From positions 33,480,001 to 33,544,000 of the forward strand of contig CATNEN010000038.1 of assembly GCA_950097015.1 (NCBI GenBank): a stretch of DNA of 64,000 nucleotides, given 5' to 3'. The number at the start of each line of letters is the position of its first letter. Position 1 is the first letter of the stretch. The notes below the pieces were generated by a model. It made no database searches. It saw only the letters and a program-made list of their open reading frames with translations, and was not told where the DNA came from. A program made the position numbers and the translations under genes. Origin of the DNA: Macrostomum hystrix. Its lineage: Eukaryota; Animalia; Platyhelminthes. Shown here one piece after another: positions 36,392-47,500 of the stretch.

Positions 36392-37819
36392 TACACCTTT
36401 TTCCATTCTATTTTGGCAATCGTGCAATCAAAGTCAAAATCTTTTCATTCAATTCAGACAGTTTATGGTAGTTCTTGGCCGGAAGTGCATTCAATTCCGA
36501 CAAATGTGCTTTCAAAAGCGACAATTTTCAAACAAAGCAAACAAGCTACCACGAGAAACCGACACTTTGCAATCAATTCAAACAATTCGCAATCAATTCC
36601 GACAGTTGGCTATGAATTGGCTTTTTCTGTCCTCCTATCGATGGCTCATACTGCGAAATTTCCAATCAATTCCGACAAATTTCAATCTATTTAGACAAGC
36701 TACTTTTTACTTTACTAGGGCCAGGGCTAAATTCCATAGACACATTATGGAGAGAAACTGTTCAGCTGAAGTTGTAAACCGCCCGAAAGTTTACGTCGAT
36801 GAATTTGGGTTCGACTGCTGGACATGGAGGTCGCAGGGCCGTGCTCAACAGGGTCAGAGAGCATATCGGCGTGTTGCAGGATCGAAGGGCCCACGACTGA
36901 CGGTCTGTTGTGCAGTTTTACCTGGTATCGGAGTACTGCACTTCCAGACGTACCCAACCGGCATGACAAAAAAAGATTCGCGGAATTTCTTAACATCTTG
37001 GTCGGCAACATACAAGAAGCATTCAACCAGCCAGCCTTTGTCATTTATGACAACGTAAGTAGTCATAACGACGGAGAAGATCAGGAACTTCCTTGAGTTA
37101 TCGAGATGCGACGCCTGCCTCCCTATAGCCCATTCCTGACACCCGTCGAGAATGCGATATCGGCTTGGAAGGCTGCGATTAAAGTCGAGCTAGCCACAAA
37201 CATCGACGCCTTTCTGAACCCCGACCAGCAAGCTCTTGCTGGACGAACCAAAGCAGCATATCGGCGTGATATGCTTGAGGGAGTAACGAATAGTACTGTA
37301 AACGTCGTCACCGGAGCCAACTGCACGGCTTGGTACAACCAGTCTGACTTATGTACCGCGCTGCATTGCGGAAGTGCCGATTGATGGCTAAAATCTGACT
37401 GCTGAATCTTTATGAACCTCATGAACTCTGCTGACTGTTTCAGTTTTAGTTGTCCTGTTGCATTTTGAAGTATACTGTAAATGTACAGTACATGTAGTAT
37501 GTACTCCAATGGCTTGTCTAAATAGATTAAAATTTGTCGGAATTGATTGGAAATTTCGCAGTATGAGCCATAGATAGGAGGACAGAAAAAGCCAATTCAT
37601 AGCCAACTGTCGGAATTGATTGCGAATTGTTTGAATTGATTGCAAAGTGTCGGTTTCTCGTGGTAGCTTGTTTGCTTTGTTTGAAAATTGTCGCTTTTGA
37701 AAGCACATTTGTCGGAATTGAATGCACTTCCGGCCAAGAACTACCATAAACTGTCTGAATTGATGAAAAGATTTTGACTTTGATTGCACGATTGCCAAAA
37801 TAGAATGGAAAAAGGTGTA
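36392..37819 (+). mobile_element. Defective IS630/Tc1-superfamily DNA transposon with ~307-bp TIRs
   Basis: TA...TA flanks; TIRs 36394-36700 and 37512-37817; DDE motifs VYVDEFGF, IYDNVSSH, LPPYSPFLTPVE broken by a frameshift and a stop. Confidence 0.9.
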
Positions 37820-37859
37820 GATCTGTCATTACTTAATGCTACTAAAATTAGGCAACCAG

Positions 37860-38470
37860 TCGACCATAGACAAACTTTCAGGCTTTGCTGCAGTGGGCCA
37901 TAGACAAAGATTTAGGCCTTGACGCTGAACGAATATCTGCGCTTTTTCTACTATACACTTAAGAAGACTAATGGTAGTTTGTATGCCCCCTCTAGCTTGA
38001 TATGCTGGAGGGCTGGGATGCAAAGGTACTTCAGCATGATCCTAAAGCGTCCGCTTAATATCGTGTCTGGAGAAGACTTTGTTAGCTCAAATCGGATGTT
38101 GCGTGTTAAGATACGCGAATTTCATAATTCAGGTGGAACAACTAAGCAGTTTCTACCGATCGAGGAAGCAGATCTGGAAAAAGTCAAGGCATACTTTGAT
38201 AGAACCACAGCCGGACGCTTACAGGACGAGGTGGTATTCACCATTCTCTATAGTCTTGGGGAAAGAGGACAAGAACACCTTAAGCATGTGTCCATGTGTC
38301 CATGACAGTCAGCAGGGCTCTTAAGCGGAAGGGCGAAGCGGAGACTGCGATCTCTACACTAACGAGTGTGTCAGCTGATCCTACACATGGACAGATGGAT
38401 GATATGTTCGATAGGACACCGAGCATGTTTGCCGGTTGCTCATTCCAGCACTGCACTATTACGACGTAAC
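37860..38470 (+). mobile_element. Deleted Crypton-type (DUF3504/ZMYM-KCTD1-like tyrosine recombinase) fragment
   Basis: LNEYLRFFYYTLKKTNGSLYAPSSL..RAGMQRYF..LQDEVVFTILYSLGERGQE; C-terminal MFAGCSFQHCTI motif follows a deletion. Confidence 0.75.
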
Positions 38471-39399
38471 TTTACGAAGTGATGCTCTAATTGTCATCCT
38501 TAGGATTGCAATAAGGCTAGACACTTTGTTTTATTGTTTATTATCATGTTTTCAAGTTGTCTCCCTATAAAGTTATAACAAATATAACACAGCATATGAA
38601 AAAATTGTCTATGGTCAAAAAGTTTTCGTTCAGCGCTAAGGAATGACAAAATAGTGCGTGTCATTATTGAACGGATAAGTTTTATTTGATATGTTAATTG
38701 GTACATATTATGTAAGCGATCAACGATCAGTAAACACACACGAAAAAACACAAAAATCTCGGTACCAGTAAGTCCGGTTATCATTCCGCCAGGTACTGAG
38801 AAGTCGTTTCTCCTTTCCTTAACTCACTGTCCAAATAGCTGCTTCGTAGGACATAGTCTATGATAGTCTGGAAAAATTAAACAGACATGAAACCTTTAGC
38901 TCTTACTACAGACATAAATGTATATAGCTCGTATAATATATATAATTTTTCTAAAAATTACATTTTATGTGGCTTTTGTGGGGGTCTGACATCACACCCC
39001 CGGAAAAGCACAGAAAATACCATAGACAAAACGATAAGAAAAGAAGAAAAAAGTTATCGGTAAAAAGGACTGTATCGATGCACGGACAGAAAAACACGCC
39101 ATCAAGGAAACTATCAGACGCATCACCTAAAACGAGCTATCATCAATGCCTCATGTTCGAGCCAACCTGAACATTAAAGTAATGAATTTTTAGCCATGCC
39201 AGTTGACGGAACTGAAGATCTCTCAGAGACCATTGTCGCACAATTATCTGCACTTTCTCTTAAAAACTTCAATCCATTTTTGACATTTTTATGAAGGTAG
39301 CAACACACAAATCTATAATAGTGAATTTGGCAGGAAATACCAGGCAAAAAAAATCCACAAAAATAAATTATTAACCATAAAATTTTGTCGCACAGACGC

Positions 39400-40322
39400 A
39401 TGCGAGCGGCCATCTATCAAGCGGCAGCACTGGTTCTGCTGTCTGTCCTTGGTCGAACAGAAGTAGCCACAAGTAGTGTTTTAATGAAGTTCGAAAACCT
39501 TTAAAAGTAGCGGCACCCAGTGAAGTGGAGTTTCTGAGGGACAGCTGGGACAGCCTCATCACTTGTGTATCGGCCGCTCTGTCGTCCGAGTCCCAGGAAC
39601 CGTCTCTGGCTCCCGTGGCCGAGTTCGACGAGAGCTCCGGCAGCTGCAGGCGACTCGGCCAGCCGATGTTCGCCAACCATTCGCCAGCCGTGCAGCAGCC
39701 TGCTGTGAAGCTGTACGCGAGATCACGCATCGGAGAGCCCAGACTCGCTCTGTTCTCCATCAAGGCCGGATCGGGAGTCTCTGCGAGGTCGCTCTACTCG
39801 ACTCCCGTCGCCGACTGTGGCGCCGGAGGCTTCCTCATGCTGTGGCCGGACTCCGTGCCTCAGGTGGCCAGCTATCGATCGTGCTGGATCGATCGACTGA
39901 CGCAGCTCACCCAGCTGACTGAGCTGATGCCGCGTCGGCAGCTGATCGTCGAGCTGCTGGCCTCATCCGGAGCGAGACTGCTCAGGATCGTGTTCGACGC
40001 GAGCTTCGGCACGAACTGGTTCAGCTCAAAAGCTATTGTCTCAAGTGATCCAGATCTGGGACTGTTCTCTCTATTTTATAATGAGTTTTCTATCGCTGGA
40101 GTCTTTGATCCTGAGAATAAAATAGACAGAGTGTTTTACGTCAGCAAGCAGCACAACTCCTGCCCCTATGACACGGGCTTGCAAGTTGTAACTGATTCTG
40201 TCAGCGAAATTGGCGGCTGGGCTCAGGTGCCTGCTGCTCCTGTCATACTTTACAATCTTCGGCTGCAGTCTTCGGTGAGCCATCGGATGCTGGCGGAGCA
40301 CTATGTCATTTATATTGCATAG
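39400..40322 (+). pseudogene. Modular secreted protein family, copy 7 (N-module D + core + C-module W), frameshifted near 39475
   Basis: ATG 39400 gives signal peptide MRAAIYQAAALVLLSVLG in a different frame from the CFNEVRKPLKV..core frame, which begins after TAG 39474-39476. Confidence 0.75.
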
Positions 40323-41014
40323 AGAAATTAATTTTATTAATTAATTAGTTAATGTTTTCTGCCATGTACACGTGCCGGAAATCGAGCGCTCATAAGTTAC
40401 CATTAGCCAGTGTTTAATACCCTGCATTTCTAATGTTGATTCTCTTTAATACAAAAAACAGCTAACATAGACCCTACTCGTATGATTCAGACGCTAAGAC
40501 GATTCACCCCTTCCTATGGCCACGGTAATCTATAGAGGAACGCGACGTGTAAGAGTTGAAGACGATATTAAACATGTTAGCTCGACAAGCTTGAAGGTAC
40601 AAGCTCAAAAACTCACTTCGGCAATCCAGTGTTGATTGACAGTACTAAAACTTTTTCATCGAAGCATACCGATGTGAGATGTTGAACAGAATATACACCC
40701 AGATCTCAAACGTCTCAAGCTAAACGAAGCCTCTCCTTAACTTTCTCAAAATTTCGATGCAATCAAAAGATTTTTCGGGAAAATGTAAACAGCATATTTT
40801 TTTGGATATCAAATGCGAAGTACTTTACACGTAAAAGTCAGCTGGGTATTTTTATTTTGGCATATTTAACTGAAAAATAATCCAAGAGCGTCTTTGTAGG
40901 CGCACGCGTACAGGTTACTGAAAAACAATGTTGAATATTTTATTCGAAATAAATATTCGAAATGAGTGGTAGAGGAAAATACGCTGAGAGTTGAAAACAA
41001 TTTTCAGATACAAA

Positions 41015-41160
41015 GTGATCCTGAACTCGACTCCGAGCTACTTGGGGCGCAGCCGCGCAGAGAAGGCTTGAGAAGAGTCGTGAATGACGCCCTTATTAGG
41101 AGTCAGTGGAACAGGCAGAATTGCTTCTCGCTGGCTGAGTGTCTATTGCCGCTAAATGAT
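41015..41160 (+). mobile_element. Internally deleted SINE family 1 copy
   Basis: GGGGCGCAGCCGCGCAGAGAAGGCTTG and AGTCAGTGGAACAGGCAGAATTGC segments. Confidence 0.65.
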
Positions 41161-41303
41161 GAGCCAATATTAGTATTACATCTGATTGGGTCACTGCTTT
41201 GCTCTATCCAAGTCCTTTCTTTTAATTGGTTGTCATCTCACTGCTACTCTTAATCTTCGATGCTCCTACCATTTGACTCTGTCCCACTCGTACTTTAGTC
41301 CTC

Positions 41304-43490
41304 TCATTGTTCTTGGAAAGTTCTCTCAGCCAGCACTCTAAAATAACCCGTGGCTGCATCCGCCTCAGCCATGCTGCAGAGCTGCACGGATTTCAACGCC
41401 TGCCATCCGACGAAGCCGCCATCGTTTGGCACCAGACCGTCCGTCGACAGACGACACTGGCGCTGTTGTCGGCGTGGCAGCCGGGTTGACTTTGCCAGCG
41501 TCAGGTGCGGCTTCCAGGCTGGCTCTGGTAGAGCAGTCAGTCCAGCTGTGCTGAATGCTGTCAGCAAACTTTCTCTGACACTGCGGAGCCAGCACAATGC
41601 CTCGTTCTCCACAATGGACACAAACAACACCCGCTTGTTGAAGGCGCCAAGGCCAGCAAATTTTAGACGGCAAATTTCACAGCCTGCAGCTCCGGCTGCT
41701 TGGCAACTGCATCGCCGAGATGGCAGGCTGACAGACTCCAAAACTTGGCCAGCACTAGGTTATTGAAAGGTATTGTATCCATTTTTTAATTCCAATACAG
41801 TCATAAATACAAGCTGATGAACACTCGTTTGGCTTGTCCAAAAAAATCGTAAAATACGTTCGTACTCACAGCGCCACTTCATTCTTGTCAGTCAGTGAGA
41901 AAACGAATAAGGTTACATGCACCTTGGCGGCGGGCACAGCAGCGCGTTTCATTGCTGGATTGGCGTTGATGAAATGCTGTTGCAGCTGGGCAAAGTTGAA
42001 TCGAGTCTGTAGGGTGAAAGATTTTGAAGCAAAATGGGATGTTTTACTGCTTTATCCACCGTAACTTTGTGGGTCGCAAAGTTAGAGTTTGCGAAGCATG
42101 TGGTGCTTGGAATATCGGAAGGTTCGTGATTTTTGGACAGCTTGTGGCGTTCGCGATATCTTGGAGAGTTTGTGGCGATCCTGACTTGTTAGAAAGTTTG
42201 TGGCGATCGTGACTTGTTAGAAAGTTTGTGGCGATCGTGACTTGTTAGAAAGTTTGTGGCGATCTTGATTTGTTAGAAAGTTTGTGGCGATCTTGATTTC
42301 TAAGAGTTTATGACGATCGTGATTTGTTAGAAAGTTTGTGGCGATCGTGACTTATTAGAAAGTTTATGGCGATCCTGATTTGTTAGAAAGTTTGTGGCGA
42401 TCGTGATTTGTTAGAAAGTTTGTGGCGATCGTGATTTGTTAGAAAGTTTGTGGCGATCGTGATTTGTTAGAAAGTTTGTGGCGATCTTGATTTCTAAGAG
42501 TTTGTGGCGATCGTGACTTATTAGAAAGTTTATGGCGATCCTGATTTGTTAGAAAGTTTGTGGCGATCGTGATTTGTTAGAGAGTTTGTGGCGATCGTGA
42601 TTTGTTAGAAAGTTTGTGGCGATCGTGATTTGTTAGAAAGTTTGTGGCGATCGTGATTTGTTAGAAAGTTTGTGGCGATCGTGATTTGTTAGAAAGTTTG
42701 TGGCGATCGTGACTTATTAGAAAGTTTATGGCGATCCTGATTTGTTAGAAAGTTTGTGGCGATCGTGATTTGTTAGAAAGTTTGTGGCGATCGTGATTTG
42801 TTAGAAAGTTTGTGGCGATCTTGATTTCTAAGAGTTTGTGGCGATCGTGACTTATTAGAAAGTTTATGGCGATCCTGATTTGTTAGAAAGTTTGTGGCGA
42901 TCGTGATTTGTTAGAGAGTTTGTGGCGATCGTGATTTGTTAGAAAGTTTGTGGCGATCGTGATCTGTTAGAAAGTTTGTGGCGATCGTGATTTGTTAGAA
43001 AGTTTGTGGCGATCGTGATCTGTTAGAAAGTTTGTGGCGATCGTGATTTGTTAGAAAGTTTGTGGCGATCGTGATCTGTTAGAAAGTTTGTGGCGATCCT
43101 GATTTTTAAGAGTTTGTGGCGATCGTGATTTCTAAGAGTTTGTGGCAATCCTGATTTGTTAGAAAGTTTGTGGCGATCCTGATTTTTAAGAGTTTATGGT
43201 GATAGTGATTTGTTAGAAAGTTTGTGGCGATCGTGATTTGTTAGAGAGTTTGTGGCGCTCGTGATTTGTTGCATAGTTTGTGGCGTTAAGGGCGTCTTGT
43301 CTGTCGCTACATCGTGTCTGAGGCTTTAGGAGGGTTTCTGAGATTCAATGGTTCTGTGTTGTCACTCGTCATGCAAGTTTATATATTGAATTACCTCCTT
43401 ATCTGTGATCTGGATCGCTAGAAAATGACTGGGTCTGGCCTTCAGCAGTTTATTTTCTGACGATGTCGTTTTCGTCGAATCAGTCACCAT
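41304..43490 (-). CDS. AKAP7-like 2H phosphoesterase, 227 aa; exons 43490-43395, 42006-41870, 41754-41304
   Basis: RPSHFLAIQITDKE N-terminus, both HxT motifs (KVHVTLF, KPHLTLAK), QLCSM..TGYF end; GT-AG introns with consistent phases. Confidence 0.88.
42160..43290. repeat. 28-bp intronic minisatellite (TTTGTTAGAAAGTTTGTGGCGATCGTGA)n, ~40 copies
   Basis: Visible tandem array within intron 1 of the AKAP7-like gene. Confidence 0.97.
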
Positions 43491-44561
43491 TCGAGCCAAC
43501 TGTATAATTAAAGAAGTAGCAATTATTTCAGAGAAATAAACAATTATGATGACTGTTCAAGAGTGTTTTTTTAGGATCGTCCTGAAAATGTTCATTGGCT
43601 CAGAATGTTTAAAAAAGTATTTTTGTGACTTTCACTGGAAGCTATAACATAGTAACTTACACACAGTCTATTAAGGTAGCAAGGAAAGCCGTATGCCAAT
43701 TTGATCATTAGCTGCAGTGTCAGACTGCAGGTGTCTTGACAAAGTCTCAGCGTGGCAGACCTATACAGATGAAGGCCTGTGCAGCTTGCAGATAACCGAG
43801 CTTGTAAAGGAGTGTACATTGAGCAGGAGGAGATGATGAGATTGTCAAAGATTTTTTTGCTGGCGAGCCTTAACCGCTGGAAATTATAACAAAAATGTGG
43901 ATTAGAAGTTTAAGCAAAACCAACGCAGTAAAACAAGCGCAACCGCTCTTCATCAAGATTGCACACCAAAAAACTCTGACGTGAAGTTAAAGTTAGATAA
44001 TAAAATAAAAGCGACCGGACAACGGCTGAGAAAAACCACGCGGTGTGTAAAATGCCTCGGGCTAAAGAACTGAATAGAATAACACACTAGCGAGACCTTA
44101 GGCGTGACTGGTCTAGTAGCTTCAACTGACTACAATCTACGTGAATTCCATACGAATGAATCATAAATAAATAGACTTGATGAAGCGGGCAGACAGCGCA
44201 CAATAAGAAAGGCGCTGTGGCATTGTGGCAAGTGTACATGTAAAGCACAATGGCCAGGCAAGATGACGAAAGCTTAGTGGTAGAACAGCTCAAAGACTCG
44301 AACTCTAACTTGACGAATAAACGCAGCCAGCAAGCCAACATTGCCAGTACTAAAGCAGCGCACATGCTCATGCTAGGACACGTGCGCATTCCTATCTTTG
44401 CCAGTGTCTGCTCAGACGAGCTTGAGTCAGCGCTTCTTTAGTAAATTGTACGAGAATTCGCATTTCTCCTTTAGTCGTGGCTTCCGCATTGCTGACGCGC
44501 AGCAAAACCGGGATCCAATAAAGTCAGGAAGCGGCTGGTGAAACTTCAGGAAACAGTCAAC

Positions 44562-47500
44562 ATGCCTTCGCTGGAGATTCCGGAAGATCTAGAGGATGCC
44601 ATTGGCGTAAGCAAAAATCGACCTCATGCACAGTAACACAATTTTGTACATCTCCACTGAATTTTTGAGTTCCGAGCATATATTGGGCACCCTCCCTGTG
44701 CATAGTAGGGTTGACCCTCAGGGTTGCAAATAGCACAAGCCTCCTAACTCCTTAAGTCTTCTTTCCCCAACTGTGCCCCAAATCAATGTGATCTCTCCGC
44801 GGATTCGGTGCCAGAGGCAGGCAGGCAGGCGCGTTAACCGCTCTGCAACTCAACCTCCCCAAGAATCAATTTGAAAATAGGATCGACCTATAAATACAAA
44901 GAACTTATAATAAAAAATAGTTTTTTTAATTATTGGGTCGGATTCGCAGCCAACAGCACAGCTGCAGTTATTGCGCTGCGCATCTGAAGGCAGCGTACAG
45001 CTTTTCAGCCTACTGGAGGGAAGCCACACCATCCTCGATTAACTCATATAATGCGCGTACCTATTTAAAAACTGAGTGAACTGAAAGAATGTAGAGTTAA
45101 TTATTTTGCCGAAGAGTAAAAATGTGTGTCAAAGACACACCGATTGTTCCACTGGAATGAGGAATCGAACGCCCGACCACCAAGTCGCGTGTCTAACGCT
45201 CATATCACAAGTGATAAGTGATAAGATTTAACAAATCATGAAAATGACAGTGACACTTAGAAGTCAGTTCCTTTTTATCGTTTCAAAACAACTACAATAA
45301 TGAGCACATGTCCCATGTCTAAATTTCACATGCAGAAATTTGTTTCGATTGACACACGAGATGAGCAAAAGCTGCAGAGCTACAGCGAAGTGGCCGAACT
45401 GCTCAGCAGGTACGCGAAGAACGCCAAGTGCTACGCAAGCTTCCCGAACGACACCAAAGCATTCGCCGACAGGGTCAACAAGGCTTTGAAGACGTTGGAC
45501 ATCTACATGGAGATGACCACATACAATGATGCGTTTGGCCAATGTGGCAAGCAGTGGAAGGAGACTACAGAGGTATTTACAATTTCATTTAAAATGCTGC
45601 TTCTGAAATTCTAGAGAAGCTAGTCTAGTATAAGCTCTCCTAATATATCAACCAAATTAATCTGACCACAGCAAGTCGCTGAATTCATTACCAACCTGAT
45701 GAAGTCATTGGACGAGCTGCGAGTGACGGCGGCTACAACTTCAAAGCCAGTCAAGACCAAGGAAGTTGGAGCCAAAGCCACAACAGTCAAGGATCTCCTA
45801 GCCGGCAGGGTATGAAAATCAGCTTCGTTAAACTATCGTTCAATTTTCATTCGTCCATCCCAATTATGGGTTCCAAAGCTGTCTAACGTGTTTGCCTCGC
45901 GCACCAGGTCCCTGAGCTCGATTCCGTGGTGAGGCCACATTAATTTGTGGCGCAGCCGTGGAGAGAAGGCTTGTGGGCTTGTCGCGCAATTAACGCCATT
46001 TGGGGTCAATCTCTAAGGCCCAGTGAAAGTGTACACTGCTTGACATTGAGAAGGACAGGGCAGATGTACACCTGTGTGAGCGTGTGCCTGCGTACAGTAT
46101 CTATGTGCGTGTGTGCTCAGGAGTCAGCGAAATGGGCATAATTGCCTCCTCGCTGGCTTCTGGTCTAGTGCCACCAATTGATGTTTCATTACACGCAGTC
46201 CTGCTGCAGTTATTATGATGATGATTATTATTTTAACCATGCAGAATCGAATTCGCGCCGACGAAGAGGTGACTCTGGTTGGTGACGCATTTGGCAAGAC
46301 TGGCTTCGTCCGGGTCGACACAGCGAGTGGCGACAGAGCAGTCGTGCCACTCATCAACCTCGTTGCTAGTGGAGAAAATACAGAGCTATTGACCTTCTTT
46401 ATGAGGTTGGTCCAAATATCATTGTACTATTCAATAGAAACCGGTTCTAGTTTGACCAACACTTTTCCTTACAGTTCTGTTGAAAAGACGAAGCAATATC
46501 TGGAGAAAACTCGTAAGGAAGTAACGGCAAAGTTTTGGGCTCTGGCGCGCTCCTACTTTCAATCGAGAAGCAAGCAAGAGTTCGTGGTGAGCTTTCTAGA
46601 AAACTACTATAATCCTCTTGAAGATATTGTTATACGCGTACTAACAATGTGATAGAAGAATCACTGTTCTACATTCTCAGACACTTGTCGATAGCAAGAG
46701 CTGGAAACAAGCCACGGAAATTCTATTAAAGATGGACGACGGCAGTACCGGTTTCAGCTTTCGATCCTGTATTAACGGCATACTGGGGAATGCAGTAGGA
46801 AAATGTAAGCGTCTCTTCATTATAAAGATAATATTAAGATTCTCAGGGACTGATATGCAGAAAACATAATTTCGTGACAGTCGACGCGCAGACATAGAGG
46901 ATACAATTCTGCCCGATTTCGTTGACCACACACGCACACATAATATGAACTCAGATACGTATGCAGGCACACACAGGGTGTGTACGTTTTCTCTTTCTTT
47001 CTACACTTTCTAATCATCAGAACAACATCGTCAAAGAAAGTCATACTCTCACAATGTCTAGGAGATTAGCTCTATGGACGAAAAAGTCCAAAGTCTTTTC
47101 TCTGAAAACGACTGAAACTCAGATAATTTTGTCAACCTCAATTAAAGAAAGTAAGAAAAAAGATTTTAAACCTTTGATTGCAGCGTTGCCTGCTTCGTTC
47201 GAGATCAGTGCTGAGGAGACTGAGGCACTGAACGAAATAATTTCCCGTTTTCAATCGCTGGTCCAACTGCTGTCACAGTCATCGAATTCGCTTCGCCCAA
47301 TGGACAAGATTTGGGGTGAAGACTGGCAAAGGATATTGCTGAGGTTTGTTAAAATCAGAAAACATTTGATCACATTCTCAAAAACGAAGAGAAGATCGGA
47401 TATTAAAAAATGAATCTATCTGAAAATCACCACAAACCGAAAATTATTTTAGCGTTCACAGTCTGCATCGTCAGTTATCGACCACCGACATACAGCGAAC

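Noticed and set aside
36300-36700. Duplicated ORF text (QFRQFMVVLGRK...) also at 37388-37829
   Set aside because: Translation of the transposon TIRs
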